In this document: positions 10,802 to 20,193 of the stretch, in pieces
Layout: every line of letters starts with the position of its first letter
Position numbering within the stretch: the first letter of the stretch is position 1
DNA from: a candidate division FCPU426 bacterium
Lineage (GTDB): Bacteria; Oederibacteriota; Muellerivitia; Muellerivitales; Muellerivitaceae
Reading direction: 5' to 3'
DNA length: 64,000 nucleotides
Assembly (NCBI GenBank): GCA_963771075.1
Contig: CAVYSE010000011.1
Location: 64,001 to 128,000, forward strand
Program-made: the position numbers and the translations under genes
The notes under the pieces: generated by a model
The model's input: only the letters and a program-made list of their open reading frames with translations
Told to the model about the DNA's origin: nothing
Databases searched by the model: none

Positions 10802-11107
10802 ATGCGTGTCATCGCGGATTTATGTGTTATTCCCCTGGGTGTGGGCGTTTCCGTGTCGGAGTATGTGGCTGCTTGCGAGAAGGTGTTAAAGGAAGCCGGA
10901 TTGAAAATCCAACTCCATGCCTATGGGACCAATATTGAGGGGGAGTGGGACGACGTTTTCGCCGCGATCAAACGCTGTCATGAGGAAATACATCGAATGG
11001 GAGCTCCGCGAATTACAACCACGCTTAAATTTGGGACCCGGATCGATAGAAACCAAACGATGGAAGACAAGATCAAAAGCGTCGAGAATCGATTGAATAA
11101 GACCTGA
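10802..11107 (+). CDS. MTH1187-family thiamine-binding protein
   Basis: VIPLG..SVSEYVA, HAYGTNIEGEWD, H.MGAPRI, RIDR..TMEDKIKSV; GGAGG SD. Confidence 0.9.
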   Translation: MRVIADLCVIPLGVGVSVSEYVAACEKVLKEAGLKIQLHAYGTNIEGEWDDVFAAIKRCHEEIHRMGAPRITTTLKFGTRIDRNQTMEDKIKSVENRLNKT

Positions 11108-11362
11108 TTCCCTCAACATAACGGCAGGGTCGTTCCCGGAAGTTCCTACTAAAGATGGTGTTACGGGTTCTGGATGAAAGCCTCGGTTTCGGGAGTAATA
11201 GCCTAAAGGTATTGCGATTTTAAAAGGGCCGGGGGTAATATGCATCCCCTAGTTCAACCCAATATGTCATCCCTGAGACGATATGGTTTTCTGGGGGTGA
11301 AATCTAGTTCGGTGTCCTCAAATCAAGCTTTGATACAACAATCCAAGGGGAGGCTTTCTTTG

Positions 11363-13189
11363 ATGGAAAATGAAATCGTTGTCGGAATCGGCGGCGCGGC
11401 CGGGGATGGAGGGGCTTCCACTGGGAATAATCTGGCCCAATCCTGCGCACGCCAGGGTCTATTCGTTTACCAGTACACGAGTTACCAATCGCTTATCCGG
11501 GGTGGCCATTCCTGGGTCCGTTTGAGAATTGCGCCCCAAGCCCCCAAATGCATGGGTGACCAAGTTCAGGCCATGATCGCCCTGAACCAGGATTCCATGG
11601 ACCGGCACCTTCAAGAACTGAGTGCAGGCGGCCTCTGTGTTTATAACGGCGATAAGGTCAAGCCCGGGAAGGTTCCCGAGGGAGTCCAATTATGCCCCCT
11701 GCCGGTTTTTGAACTGGCGGGCAAGGACGCGCTGCCCATCATGCAAAACACCGTGGCTTTGGGCGGGCTCGTTGGGTTGTTAGGCCTGGATTTCACCGCC
11801 TTGGAATCCGTGTTTCATCATACCTTCGCTAAAAAACCCCAGGTGGTCGCCGCCAATGTGGCCGCCGCCAAGGCGGGACATGACTTCGCGGTAAAAACTT
11901 ACCAATCCCATTCGGCTAAATTGAAGAAGGGAATGGCCTCGCTGGCCATGGTGCAAGGCAACGAGATTTTGGCTATGGGGGCGGCAAATGCGGGATGCAA
12001 GTTTTACTGCGCCTACCCCATGAGTCCGGCGACCGGCGTCCTGCACTGGATGAGCGCCCATGGAAGGGATATCGGCATCTGCGTGCGGCAGGTGGAGGAT
12101 GAGATCGGCGTGGCCAACATGGCTATCGGTGCGGGTCATATGGGTGTCCGCTCCATGTGCGCCACCTCGGGAGGCGGATTCGCTTTGATGACCGAGGCCT
12201 TGGGATTGGCCGGGATGATGGAAACACCGGTCGTGATGATCAACGTCATGCGCGGGGGGCCCTCCACGGGTCTTCCTACCAAACAGGAGCAAGGCGACCT
12301 GACCCAGGCGATCGGCGCCTCCCAGGGCGATTTTCCCCGTATCATCATCGCCCCCACCTCCATTTCCGATTGCTACAACACCATGGAAGAAGCTTTCAAC
12401 CTCGCTGAAAAATACCAGTGTCCGGTCATGATACTTTCCGATCTTCTCATGAGCGAGGGCCACATGACCCTGGAAACCTCGTTCCTCGACCGGGATTTCA
12501 AGATCGAACGGGGGGAGATGATCTTTGAGGATGATGGCATCCCCAAGACTTACCTGCGCTACAAGGACACACCTTCCGGGATTTCTCCCCGGGCTATCCC
12601 CGGCCTTCCTAACCATCTGTACGTGGCGGCCTCGGACGAACATGATGAGGACGGAGTGCTGATCTCAGACGTATACACCGATCCTATCATCCGCAAGAAA
12701 ATGGTGGACAAACGCACCCGCAAGATGGAAGGCGTGGTCGAGGATTACGCCTACCCCCTGAAGCTGGAAGGTCCCTCGGAAGCCGAGATCACCTTGGTAA
12801 CCTACGGTTCCACCTGGGGCGTGGCCAGCGAGGCCGTGCAGCGCCTGAACCAGGAGGGCGTGAAGGCAAACTTGCTTACATTCAAGTACATGCTTCCTTT
12901 CCAGGAAAAGGAAGCGAAGGCCTTATTAAGCAAGGCCAAGAAGATTTGCGTGGTTGAAATGAACAAAAGCGGCCAGTTCTCAAGGCATTTACGGGCGGAA
13001 ACGGGGATTACGGCATACGCTGACATCCGTAAATACGACGGCGAACCTTTCGAACCCAAACATGTGGTGGCGGCGGTCAAGCAAGTCCTAGCCGGGAAGA
13101 CCCTCGTGGAGTGCCAGTCACTGGAACCGGGATGGCGTTCGATTCATCCGCCGGGACCCGGCGTGTTGACCACATCTTCTATTCATTAA
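11363..13189 (+). CDS. korA: 2-oxoacid:ferredoxin oxidoreductase alpha subunit (fused gamma-alpha)
   Basis: GGAAGDG, SLIRGG, AYPMSP, EDEI, ATSGGGFALM, MRGGPSTGLPT; start placed after GGGGAGG; substrate specificity not determinable. Confidence 0.9.
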   Translation: MENEIVVGIGGAAGDGGASTGNNLAQSCARQGLFVYQYTSYQSLIRGGHSWVRLRIAPQAPKCMGDQVQAMIALNQDSMDRHLQELSAGGLCVYNGDKVKPGKVPEGVQLCPLPVFELAGKDALPIMQNTVALGGLVGLLGLDFTALESVFHHTFAKKPQVVAANVAAAKAGHDFAVKTYQSHSAKLKKGMASLAMVQGNEILAMGAANAGCKFYCAYPMSPATGVLHWMSAHGRDIGICVRQVEDEIGVANMAIGAGHMGVRSMCATSGGGFALMTEALGLAGMMETPVVMINVMRGGPSTGLPTKQEQGDLTQAIGASQGDFPRIIIAPTSISDCYNTMEEAFNLAEKYQCPVMILSDLLMSEGHMTLETSFLDRDFKIERGEMIFEDDGIPKTYLRYKDTPSGISPRAIPGLPNHLYVAASDEHDEDGVLISDVYTDPIIRKKMVDKRTRKMEGVVEDYAYPLKLEGPSEAEITLVTYGSTWGVASEAVQRLNQEGVKANLLTFKYMLPFQEKEAKALLSKAKKICVVEMNKSGQFSRHLRAETGITAYADIRKYDGEPFEPKHVVAAVKQVLAGKTLVECQSLEPGWRSIHPPGPGVLTTSSIH

Positions 13190-13222
13190 CGAAACCCTAA
13201 GGGGAGCCTTAAGGAGGCCTTT

Positions 13223-14119
13223 ATGACGACAGCAGCGTCGGTAGCACCCAGAGACGCGAAGCTCTACAAGCCGGAAATTCCGCCGGATTGGTGTCCAGGA
13301 TGCGGGGATTATGGGGTTTTAACTGTTTTGCAACGGGCCGTAGCTGAATTGGGCATTCCCAATGAGCAACTAATGGTGGTTTCGGGAATCGGATGTTCTT
13401 CCAACCTGCCGGGCTTTTTCCGCTCTTACGGAATGCACAGCCTACACGGGCGATCCCTTCCGGTAGCCACCGGGGCCAAACTAGCCAACCATCAAATGAC
13501 CGTTATCGCTTGCGGAGGGGATGGTGACGGGTACGGCATCGGTCAGGGACATTTCATCCATTCCATTCGCCGTAACATCAACCTGACCTATATCGTGATG
13601 GACAACGAAATTTATGGTCTTACCACGGGTCAGACCTCACCCACCTCGGAGGTGGGAATGAAGACCAAGTCCACTCCCCACGGGAATCCGGAGGGCCAAT
13701 TGAATCCCATGGTGATGAGCCTGGCGGCGGGTTGTGGCTTCGTGGCCCGGGGTTTTTCAGGAGATATCAACCACCTCAAGAACCTTTATATTCAAGCTCT
13801 CCAGTACCCAGGATTCGCCCACATTGACGTATTCAGCCCCTGTGTAACCTTCAACAAGCAAAACACGTTTGGGTGGTTCAAGGAGCGCGTATATAAGCTG
13901 GAAGACGCGGGCCACGATCCCTCTGATTGGAACGAAGCCATGGCGCGGGCCAAGGAATGGGGGGCAAAAATCCCCATCGGGATCTTGTACAAGAATCCTG
14001 CCCCCAAACCTTCGATTGACGCGGCGGACGTAACGCTTCAAGGGACTCCATTAGCGCGCCAGCGGAATATTGCCATCAATAAAGAACAACGTAAAAAATT
14101 GATCGAGGAATATGTCTAA
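13223..14119 (+). CDS. korB: 2-oxoacid:ferredoxin oxidoreductase beta subunit
   Basis: WCPGCGD, SGIGCSS, HGR, GDGD..DNEIYGLTTGQ TPP motif, SPCVTFN. Confidence 0.92.
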   Translation: MTTAASVAPRDAKLYKPEIPPDWCPGCGDYGVLTVLQRAVAELGIPNEQLMVVSGIGCSSNLPGFFRSYGMHSLHGRSLPVATGAKLANHQMTVIACGGDGDGYGIGQGHFIHSIRRNINLTYIVMDNEIYGLTTGQTSPTSEVGMKTKSTPHGNPEGQLNPMVMSLAAGCGFVARGFSGDINHLKNLYIQALQYPGFAHIDVFSPCVTFNKQNTFGWFKERVYKLEDAGHDPSDWNEAMARAKEWGAKIPIGILYKNPAPKPSIDAADVTLQGTPLARQRNIAINKEQRKKLIEEYV

Positions 14120-14166
14120 CTGGGTTTAAGGCCAAGCAGTTACGCCTCTTGAAAAAAGAGTACGAC

Positions 14167-14201
14167 AAAAAGCCCTTCCCTAAAGATGGGCTTTTCTTTT
14201 T
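14167..14201 (+). terminator. Probable intrinsic terminator after korB
   Basis: AAAAGCCC...GGGCTTTT stem followed by T-rich tail. Confidence 0.55.
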
Positions 14202-14270
14202 CTAGGCCTTTTGCTTAAATAACTCGGCGAAAGCTGTCAGGTTTGTTTCTTTGTCATTAGGGGAGCCTTC

Positions 14271-14714
14271 ATGCCGCACGTCATTTTGGATAATTGTATC
14301 GGTTGCACCCTGTGCGCGGTCAAATGTCCTACCGAAGCCATCATTGGCGACAAAAAAAATCTCCATCATATTGATCCAGCGCTTTGCATCGATTGTGGTG
14401 TTTGCGGTATCCACTGCCCTGTTGAGGCCATCATTGATCCCCTCGGGGATATCGTCAAAAAAATTAAGCCTCCAGCTATCCCGAAGGCTAAGGTGGACGC
14501 GGAAACCTGCACCGCTTGCGAGTTTTGCGTGGACATCTGCCCCTTTGACTGTATTTCGATGCAGCCACGAAACGACCATCCCGAGTTTTTCAGGATCGCC
14601 GTGGTGGACGAGAAAAAATGCGTCAGCTGCAAGCTTTGCGAAACCGTTTGCATCAAGGGAAGCATTTCCGTGGAGAGAAATGTTCCGAATTTGGCTTACT
14701 CACCGAACCGGTGA
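14271..14714 (+). CDS. Polyferredoxin with four CxxCxxCxxxC motifs
   Basis: CIGCTLCAVKCP, CIDCGVCGIHCP, CTACEFCVDICP, CVSCKLCETVCI. Confidence 0.92.
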   Translation: MPHVILDNCIGCTLCAVKCPTEAIIGDKKNLHHIDPALCIDCGVCGIHCPVEAIIDPLGDIVKKIKPPAIPKAKVDAETCTACEFCVDICPFDCISMQPRNDHPEFFRIAVVDEKKCVSCKLCETVCIKGSISVERNVPNLAYSPNR

Positions 14715-14764
14715 TATTGATAGGTAAAATAAGTTTATCGGATATCGGGGTTTAGTAATCGGCC

Positions 14765-14793
14765 TTGCAAGATCAAGCCAAACCCAATAACGT
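14765..14793 (+). promoter_or_regulatory. Candidate sigma70 promoter for FNR
   Basis: TTGCAA-17 nt-TAACGT. Confidence 0.35.
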
Positions 14794-14820
14794 TCCAAGT
14801 TCAATAAAGGGGAGTAGTCC

Positions 14821-15810
14821 ATGTCTGAGGAAATTTTCGACGTCATTCTAATCGGGGCGGGCCCCGCGGGTATGTTCGGGGGTTTTTACGCCGGTCTTCG
14901 CGGTATGAAGGTCAAGATCATCGATTCCCTGGAACAGTTGGGAGGACAGGTTGCCGCCATGTACCCGGAAAAAGATATTTTCGATGTAGCCGGGTTTCCT
15001 AGGGTCAGCGGTAAGGATCTAGTGAAAGATTTGGAGGAACAGCTCAAGCGTTTCAATCCCACCCTCGCACTTGGGGAAAGGGTGACCACGCTCGTCAAGC
15101 GTCCCGATCAAATTTTCGAGCTCACAACTGAAAAGGGATTGAAACATTATTGCAGGGCGGTCGTATTGGCACTGGGTATGGGCTCTTTCACCCCCAAAAA
15201 ACATCCCAACCCGGACATTGTTCCCTACGAGGGAAAGGGTGTGCATTACGGTGTTCTATCCCTGGAGCCATTCAAGAACAAGCGCGTTTTAATCGTTGGA
15301 GGCGGGGACTCGGCGGTCGATTGGGCCCTCATGCTTGAGCCTTTAGCTTCCCAGGTGACTCTTATTCACCGCCGGGATGAGTTTAGGGCTCATGAGACAT
15401 CGGTGGAGAAGCTCAAAAAGTCCAAGGTGGATGTCAAGCTCTGGTATGAGCTCCGTACCATCAAGGGGGAAGGCCATGTCCAAGAGGCGGTCATCTATGA
15501 AAACCATACCAACCAGGATGAATCCCTTCCCGTTGAATTTGTGGTGATGAATTTTGGTTTTCAAGCTTCCCTTTCCTTCTTGAAGGATTGGGGACTGGTT
15601 CTTGAAAAAAACAAAATACCGGTCAACCAAAAGATGGAAACCAACATCCCTGGAATTTACGCGGCAGGGGATATTGCCACCCACCCCGGCAAACTGGATT
15701 TGATCGCTACGGGATTCGCGGAAGGGGCCACCGCGGTTAATTTCGCCAAGACCTATATTAACCCGAACGAAAAAGCCTCTCCGGGCCATAGTTCAAGCCT
15801 GAAACTTTAA
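14821..15810 (+). CDS. Ferredoxin-NADP+ reductase, TrxR-like (YumC type)
   Basis: GAGPAG, LGGQ..YPEK.IFDVAGFP, GGGDSAVDWA, HRRDEFRAH, C-terminal HSS; lacks the TrxR CxxC. Confidence 0.9.
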   Translation: MSEEIFDVILIGAGPAGMFGGFYAGLRGMKVKIIDSLEQLGGQVAAMYPEKDIFDVAGFPRVSGKDLVKDLEEQLKRFNPTLALGERVTTLVKRPDQIFELTTEKGLKHYCRAVVLALGMGSFTPKKHPNPDIVPYEGKGVHYGVLSLEPFKNKRVLIVGGGDSAVDWALMLEPLASQVTLIHRRDEFRAHETSVEKLKKSKVDVKLWYELRTIKGEGHVQEAVIYENHTNQDESLPVEFVVMNFGFQASLSFLKDWGLVLEKNKIPVNQKMETNIPGIYAAGDIATHPGKLDLIATGFAEGATAVNFAKTYINPNEKASPGHSSSLKL

Positions 15811-15889
15811 AGGTTACGCCTTAATCGGGGAACAAGGCGAACCACCCCCTTTGTAGAGAAAACATGAAATATTTTTTTAGGAGCCCATC

Positions 15890-16657
15890 ATGTCGATAGA
15901 TGTACGAACCCAGAAGGGCGCGGGAGTGACCCTGCGCCAGGACCAGTGGTGGCTTGAATCCCTGGCCATCGGCTTGGCCTTGCTGGGATTCATCGTTTAC
16001 ATGACCTGGGCCGCATTTACCCCCTATGGTCCGCATGGCGAAGTTTATTACGAATGGGGTTCCTATGTTTCACCCGCTTTTTCCCCTTTTCTCAGCCCTT
16101 CCTGGTTCAAATGGTCCCCGGCGATTCTCATCTTGTGGGCTCCGGCCGGCTTTCGGGGGACCTGCTACTATTTTCGAAAAGCCTATTACCGCGCCTTGTT
16201 CCAGGATCCTCCCGCCTGCGCGGTGGGGGAGGAGGCGCGCGAATACAAAGGAGAACAGGGCTTTCCGTTCATTCTTCAAAACGTACACCGATATTTCCTT
16301 TACCTGGCCGTTTTGCTTGTCGTGAATCACTGGATCGATCTGATGAAGGCTTTTACGATCGAGGGACCCAAGACCTATTGGGTGGGGACCGGCACGTTGG
16401 TGCTTCTGGCCGACACCCTTCTTCTGACCTTTTATGTCTTCAGTTGCCATGCCTGGCGGCATTTGGTAGGTGGAAAACTGGATTGTTTTTCCAATTGCGC
16501 CGCCAATGAGCTCCGCTACAAAGTTTGGTGTCGGGTCAGCAAGATGAATGAAGACCATCCCCTTTGGGGTTGGCTTTCCCTGTTCACTGTGGGGTTTGCG
16601 GATCTTTATGTGCGCATGGTCGCAATGGGCATCTGGACGGATTTCAAAATTTTTTAG
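15890..16657 (+). CDS. sdhC: Succinate dehydrogenase/fumarate reductase membrane anchor, mycobacterial Sdh1 (Rv0249c)-like
   Basis: FRGTCYYFRKAYYR, PPACAV, QNVHRYF, SCHAWRH, DLYVRMV; precedes the flavoprotein. Confidence 0.85.
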   Translation: MSIDVRTQKGAGVTLRQDQWWLESLAIGLALLGFIVYMTWAAFTPYGPHGEVYYEWGSYVSPAFSPFLSPSWFKWSPAILILWAPAGFRGTCYYFRKAYYRALFQDPPACAVGEEAREYKGEQGFPFILQNVHRYFLYLAVLLVVNHWIDLMKAFTIEGPKTYWVGTGTLVLLADTLLLTFYVFSCHAWRHLVGGKLDCFSNCAANELRYKVWCRVSKMNEDHPLWGWLSLFTVGFADLYVRMVAMGIWTDFKIF

Positions 16658-16708
16658 CTGACATCGGTTGGCCGCGATCAAAAGCCTTGGAAGAGGAATA
16701 TTCACAAA

Positions 16709-18592
16709 ATGAGCGATAACTACCAAACCTTTGAATATGACGTTCTGGTCATCGGGGCTGGAGGGGCAGGCCTGCGGGCCGCCATTGAGGCCTCGGCGAC
16801 AGGCTGCAAGACGGGACTGGTCTGCAAATCCCTCTTGGGGAAGGCCCACACAGTCATGGCCGAGGGGGGTATCGCCGCGGCGCTGGCGACCGTGGATTCG
16901 CGCGATTCCTGGAAACAGCATTTTTGTGACACCCTGATTGGAGGCAATTTCGCCAACCATTGGCGCATGGCCCAGATCCACGCCCAGCAGGCGCCCGACC
17001 GGGTGCGGGAACTGGAAAAATGGGGAGCGGTATTCGACCGAACGAGCGATGGTAGGGGAAACATTAACGTCCGCCATTTTGGAGGTCATACCTATAAGCG
17101 GTTGGCGCACGTGGGGGACCGCACAGGTTTGGAACTAATCCGCACCCTGCAAGACAAGGGCGTACATTCGGGCATCGAGGTGCACATGGAATGCACCCTC
17201 TATTCGCTCCTCAAAGATGGTGACCGTATGGCCGGGGCTTATGGTTATTTCCGTGAGACGGGCCGGCCCGTTATGTTCAAAGCCAAGTCGGTCGTGCTCG
17301 CGACAGGCGGTATTGGAAAACTTTACAGGGTCAACTCCAACTCCTGGGAATGCACGGGCGACGGGTTTGCCCTGGCTTACCTGGCGGGCGCGGAGTTGGC
17401 CGACATGGAATACGTTCAATTTCATCCTACCGGCATGGTTTGGCCCCCTTCGGTTCGGGGCCTACTCATCACGGAGGGCGTGCGGGGCGAGGGCGGGGTA
17501 TTGAAAAACAACAAGGGGGAACGGTTCATGTTCAAGTACATTCCCCCCAAATACCAGGGCAAATACGCCGATACGGAAAAGGAAGCCGATGCTTGGTTTC
17601 AAAAAGTAGTCGTCGAAGGGCAAAAAGAGGAAACGGTCAAGGAACGAAAACCCCCTGAGCTCATGAGCCGGGACGTGACTTCCAGGGCCATCTGGACCGA
17701 GATTCATCAGGGTCGGGGAACCGACCATGGCGGGATTTTCCTGGACATCGCCTCCCGGCGCACTCCCGAGGACATAAAGCGGAAACTACCTTCGATGTAC
17801 CATCAATTCAAACAATTGGCCGATGTGGATATTACGAAAGTGCCCATGGAAATCGCCCCCACCTGCCATTACATGATGGGAGGAGTCAAGGTGGACCCGG
17901 AAACCCAGATGTCCACCGTGCCCGGATTATTTGCCGCGGGAGAATGTTCGGCCGGTATGCACGGGTCCAACCGGCTTGGCGGTAATTCCCTTTCCGACCT
18001 TGTGGTTTTTGGAAAGCTGGCCGGTGAACACGCGGCAGCCTTCGCCAAGGACCATTCGACCCCGAAGGCCGACGAGTCGGTTTTGACACATTTGGAACGA
18101 GAAATGAACCGACCTTTCGTAAACCAGGGGGGAGAGGTGTCTTACGCCATCCTAGCGGATCTCCAGACCGTCATGGAGCGGGGAGTCGGCATGTACCGGG
18201 AAGAATCATTATTAGATCAGGGGTTGAAGGACCTGGCCGCCCTCCAGGAGCGACTTCAGAAAGTATCGGCCGAGGGAAACCGCTTATTCAATCCCGGCTG
18301 GCATGTGGCGCTGGACCTGAGAAACATGCTGATCGTGGGCGAAGCCATCGCGAGGGCCGCCAAAGAGCGCAAGGAATCCCGAGGGGGCCATACCCGAACC
18401 GATTGTCCGGGTTATTCCAAGGATTTGGCCAAGAAACGCATCGTGATCAGGAAAAAGGGTGAAACCATGGAAGTGTTTCAGGAAGATTTGGCCCAAATCC
18501 CGGTGGATTTAGAAAATGAGTTGGTGCAGGAGCATTTATTGAAGCCTGAAATCCTGAAACAAATCAGGGGAGAAATACCTGCCGCGAGTTAA
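16709..18592 (+). CDS. sdhA: Succinate dehydrogenase/fumarate reductase flavoprotein
   Basis: GAGGAG, KAHTVMAEGG, QFHPTG, TEGVRGEGG, HYMMGG, HGSNRLGGNSL, ESRGGH. Confidence 0.96.
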   Translation: MSDNYQTFEYDVLVIGAGGAGLRAAIEASATGCKTGLVCKSLLGKAHTVMAEGGIAAALATVDSRDSWKQHFCDTLIGGNFANHWRMAQIHAQQAPDRVRELEKWGAVFDRTSDGRGNINVRHFGGHTYKRLAHVGDRTGLELIRTLQDKGVHSGIEVHMECTLYSLLKDGDRMAGAYGYFRETGRPVMFKAKSVVLATGGIGKLYRVNSNSWECTGDGFALAYLAGAELADMEYVQFHPTGMVWPPSVRGLLITEGVRGEGGVLKNNKGERFMFKYIPPKYQGKYADTEKEADAWFQKVVVEGQKEETVKERKPPELMSRDVTSRAIWTEIHQGRGTDHGGIFLDIASRRTPEDIKRKLPSMYHQFKQLADVDITKVPMEIAPTCHYMMGGVKVDPETQMSTVPGLFAAGECSAGMHGSNRLGGNSLSDLVVFGKLAGEHAAAFAKDHSTPKADESVLTHLEREMNRPFVNQGGEVSYAILADLQTVMERGVGMYREESLLDQGLKDLAALQERLQKVSAEGNRLFNPGWHVALDLRNMLIVGEAIARAAKERKESRGGHTRTDCPGYSKDLAKKRIVIRKKGETMEVFQEDLAQIPVDLENELVQEHLLKPEILKQIRGEIPAAS

Positions 18593-18619
18593 TTTGTAGA
18601 TACGTTTGGGGAGGAATGG

Positions 18620-19348
18620 ATGGCGAAGGTCCACATGAAAGTTTACCGCGGTGATTCGGATAGGGGTGAACTGCGGGATTACGACGTGGAAGTGGACGAG
18701 GGGATGGTGGTATTGGATGCCGTCCACCGGATCCAGGCCACCCAGACCTCGGATCTGGCCTGCCGTTGGAATTGCAAGGCTGGAAAATGCGGTTCCTGTT
18801 CGGCCGAGGTGAACGGCAAACCCCGGCTCATGTGCATGACCCGCCTGAGCGAGTTCGAGGATGGCCAGACCATCACGGTTACACCCATGAAAACCTTCCC
18901 GCTTCTCAAAGACCTCGTGACGGATGTTTCGTACAATTACGAGGTCAATAAAAAAATTCCTCCTTTCACCCCCAAAGACGGCGCCGTTTGGCAATGGGAG
19001 CAGAGGGACGTGGACCGGGTGCAGGAATTCCGCAAGTGCATTGAATGTTTCCTGTGCCAAAACACCTGCCATGTCCTGCGAGAACATAACATGCAGGGTC
19101 AATTCGCCGGGCCACGCTTCTTCGCCCGAATCGCCTCGCTGGAAATGCACCCGATCGATGCGTTGGACCGTACGGGATTGTTGAAGGATCAACAAGGCCT
19201 CGGTCTTTGTAACATTACCAAATGTTGCACGGAAGTTTGCCCGGAAGAAATCCACATCACCGATAACGCGATTATTCCCCTCAAAGAAAGGGTCGTGGAC
19301 AAGTACTACGATCCCTTGCGTATTTTTTGGAACAAGTTGTTCGGGTGA
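18620..19348 (+). CDS. sdhB: Succinate dehydrogenase/fumarate reductase iron-sulfur subunit
   Basis: CKAGKCGSC..C, CIECFLCQNTC, CNITKCCTEVCP. Confidence 0.96.
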   Translation: MAKVHMKVYRGDSDRGELRDYDVEVDEGMVVLDAVHRIQATQTSDLACRWNCKAGKCGSCSAEVNGKPRLMCMTRLSEFEDGQTITVTPMKTFPLLKDLVTDVSYNYEVNKKIPPFTPKDGAVWQWEQRDVDRVQEFRKCIECFLCQNTCHVLREHNMQGQFAGPRFFARIASLEMHPIDALDRTGLLKDQQGLGLCNITKCCTEVCPEEIHITDNAIIPLKERVVDKYYDPLRIFWNKLFG

Positions 19349-19421
19349 TCTCCATTTTCCAGGCCCCTCGGGCCAATCGGTTTACTTCAATATCAAACTA
19401 AAGTAAGGCCCTTACCTATTA

Positions 19422-19446
19422 GGGGTCATTTAATAATGACCTTTTT
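19422..19446 (+). terminator. Possible terminator or operator after sdhB
   Basis: GGTCATT-taat-AATGACC followed by TTTTT. Confidence 0.4.
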
Positions 19447-19779
19447 CCATTTTCCCCAATACCTAAAAGATGCCGATTTTCACAATTCAAAAACCAATTA
19501 CTCTCCTCGCGGCAAAAAAAGGGATGGTAAATAAGCCGGATTCCAAGCAGGCTTTTTTTTACACAAAGTTCAATTGACTTTTGGGATAGGATCATGGCCA
19601 AAAAAGAAAATTGGACCCGTGCCCAATCGCCAACAGACCCCAATTAGGCACTCGAGATTTTGGAAGAAATGGGGGTTCACCTGAACACGGATAATTTCGA
19701 TTCTGGATATTCATGGAGCAAATATGAGGCAAGTTATCTTTATTCAGGTAGATCGGGGTGAAAATATTGGGCCTAAATG

Positions 19780-19813
19780 AAAAAAGCCCGCCTCCCTTTC
19801 GGGAGACGGGCTT
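19780..19813 (-). terminator. Intrinsic terminator of the Lys-rich mini-gene
   Basis: Minus strand reads AAGCCCGTCTCCC-GAAA-GGGAGGCGGGC-TTTTTT. Confidence 0.85.
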
Positions 19814-19838
19814 GCAAACAAAACATTCGGAGAAGAAT

Positions 19839-19889
19839 TTACTTCTTCTTTTTTTTCGCGGGTTTCTTCTTGGCAACTTTCTTCGCCAC
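19839..19889 (-). CDS. 16-aa lysine-rich microprotein MAKKVAKKKPAKKKKK
   Basis: GTG start 5 nt after AAGGAGG, TAA stop, terminator 25 nt downstream, extended -10 upstream; below the ORF-track size cutoff. Confidence 0.7.
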   Translation of the reverse strand: MAKKVAKKKPAKKKKK

Positions 19890-19918
19890 GGGTCCCTCCT
19901 TCTTAGCGAATTTAAACT

Positions 19919-19927
19919 ATTTTAACA
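19919..19927 (-). promoter_or_regulatory. Candidate extended -10 promoter
   Basis: Minus strand TGtTAAAAT about 30 nt upstream of the mini-gene start. Confidence 0.45.
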
Positions 19928-20075
19928 CGAACTAAATAAAATGCGAGTGTTACATGACAAAAAATTCATTATCGCGCTTGGAAGACGTCCAAACGAATCG
20001 CTCCAAACATCCAACAATGCAACGGGAGGAAAGTTGGAAGGAACCAAGATGAATTGTTCGTACTGGGGAGGAGTA

Positions 20076-20140
20076 ATGGAAGTTCTTGAACATTACAAAC
20101 CCGATTTGATAGTTGTTGCCGGCCCCAACGGAGGAACATC
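20076..20140 (+). pseudogene. 5' remnant resembling a zeta-toxin/AAA-family P-loop protein
   Basis: GGAGGAG SD followed by MEVLEHYKPDLIVVAGPNGG; similarity stops mid Walker A. Confidence 0.4.
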
Positions 20141-20193
20141 AAACAAAATAAGGGTTTTTCGTCACCCTGGGGAGAATGAATCACCGTCATTTC

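Noticed and set aside
11108..11360. Long korA leader as a riboswitch, or a 41-aa N-terminal extension from ATG 11240
   Set aside because: No TPP, cobalamin, SAM or FMN consensus recognised; the SD and homology support a start at 11360/11363
19594..19761. ORF MAKKENWTRAQSPTDPN*ALEILEEMG...SGRSG with an in-frame TAG (possible amber readthrough)
   Set aside because: Weak SD and no recognisable homology; TAG is an ordinary stop in nuoK, nuoL, nuoN and thyX here
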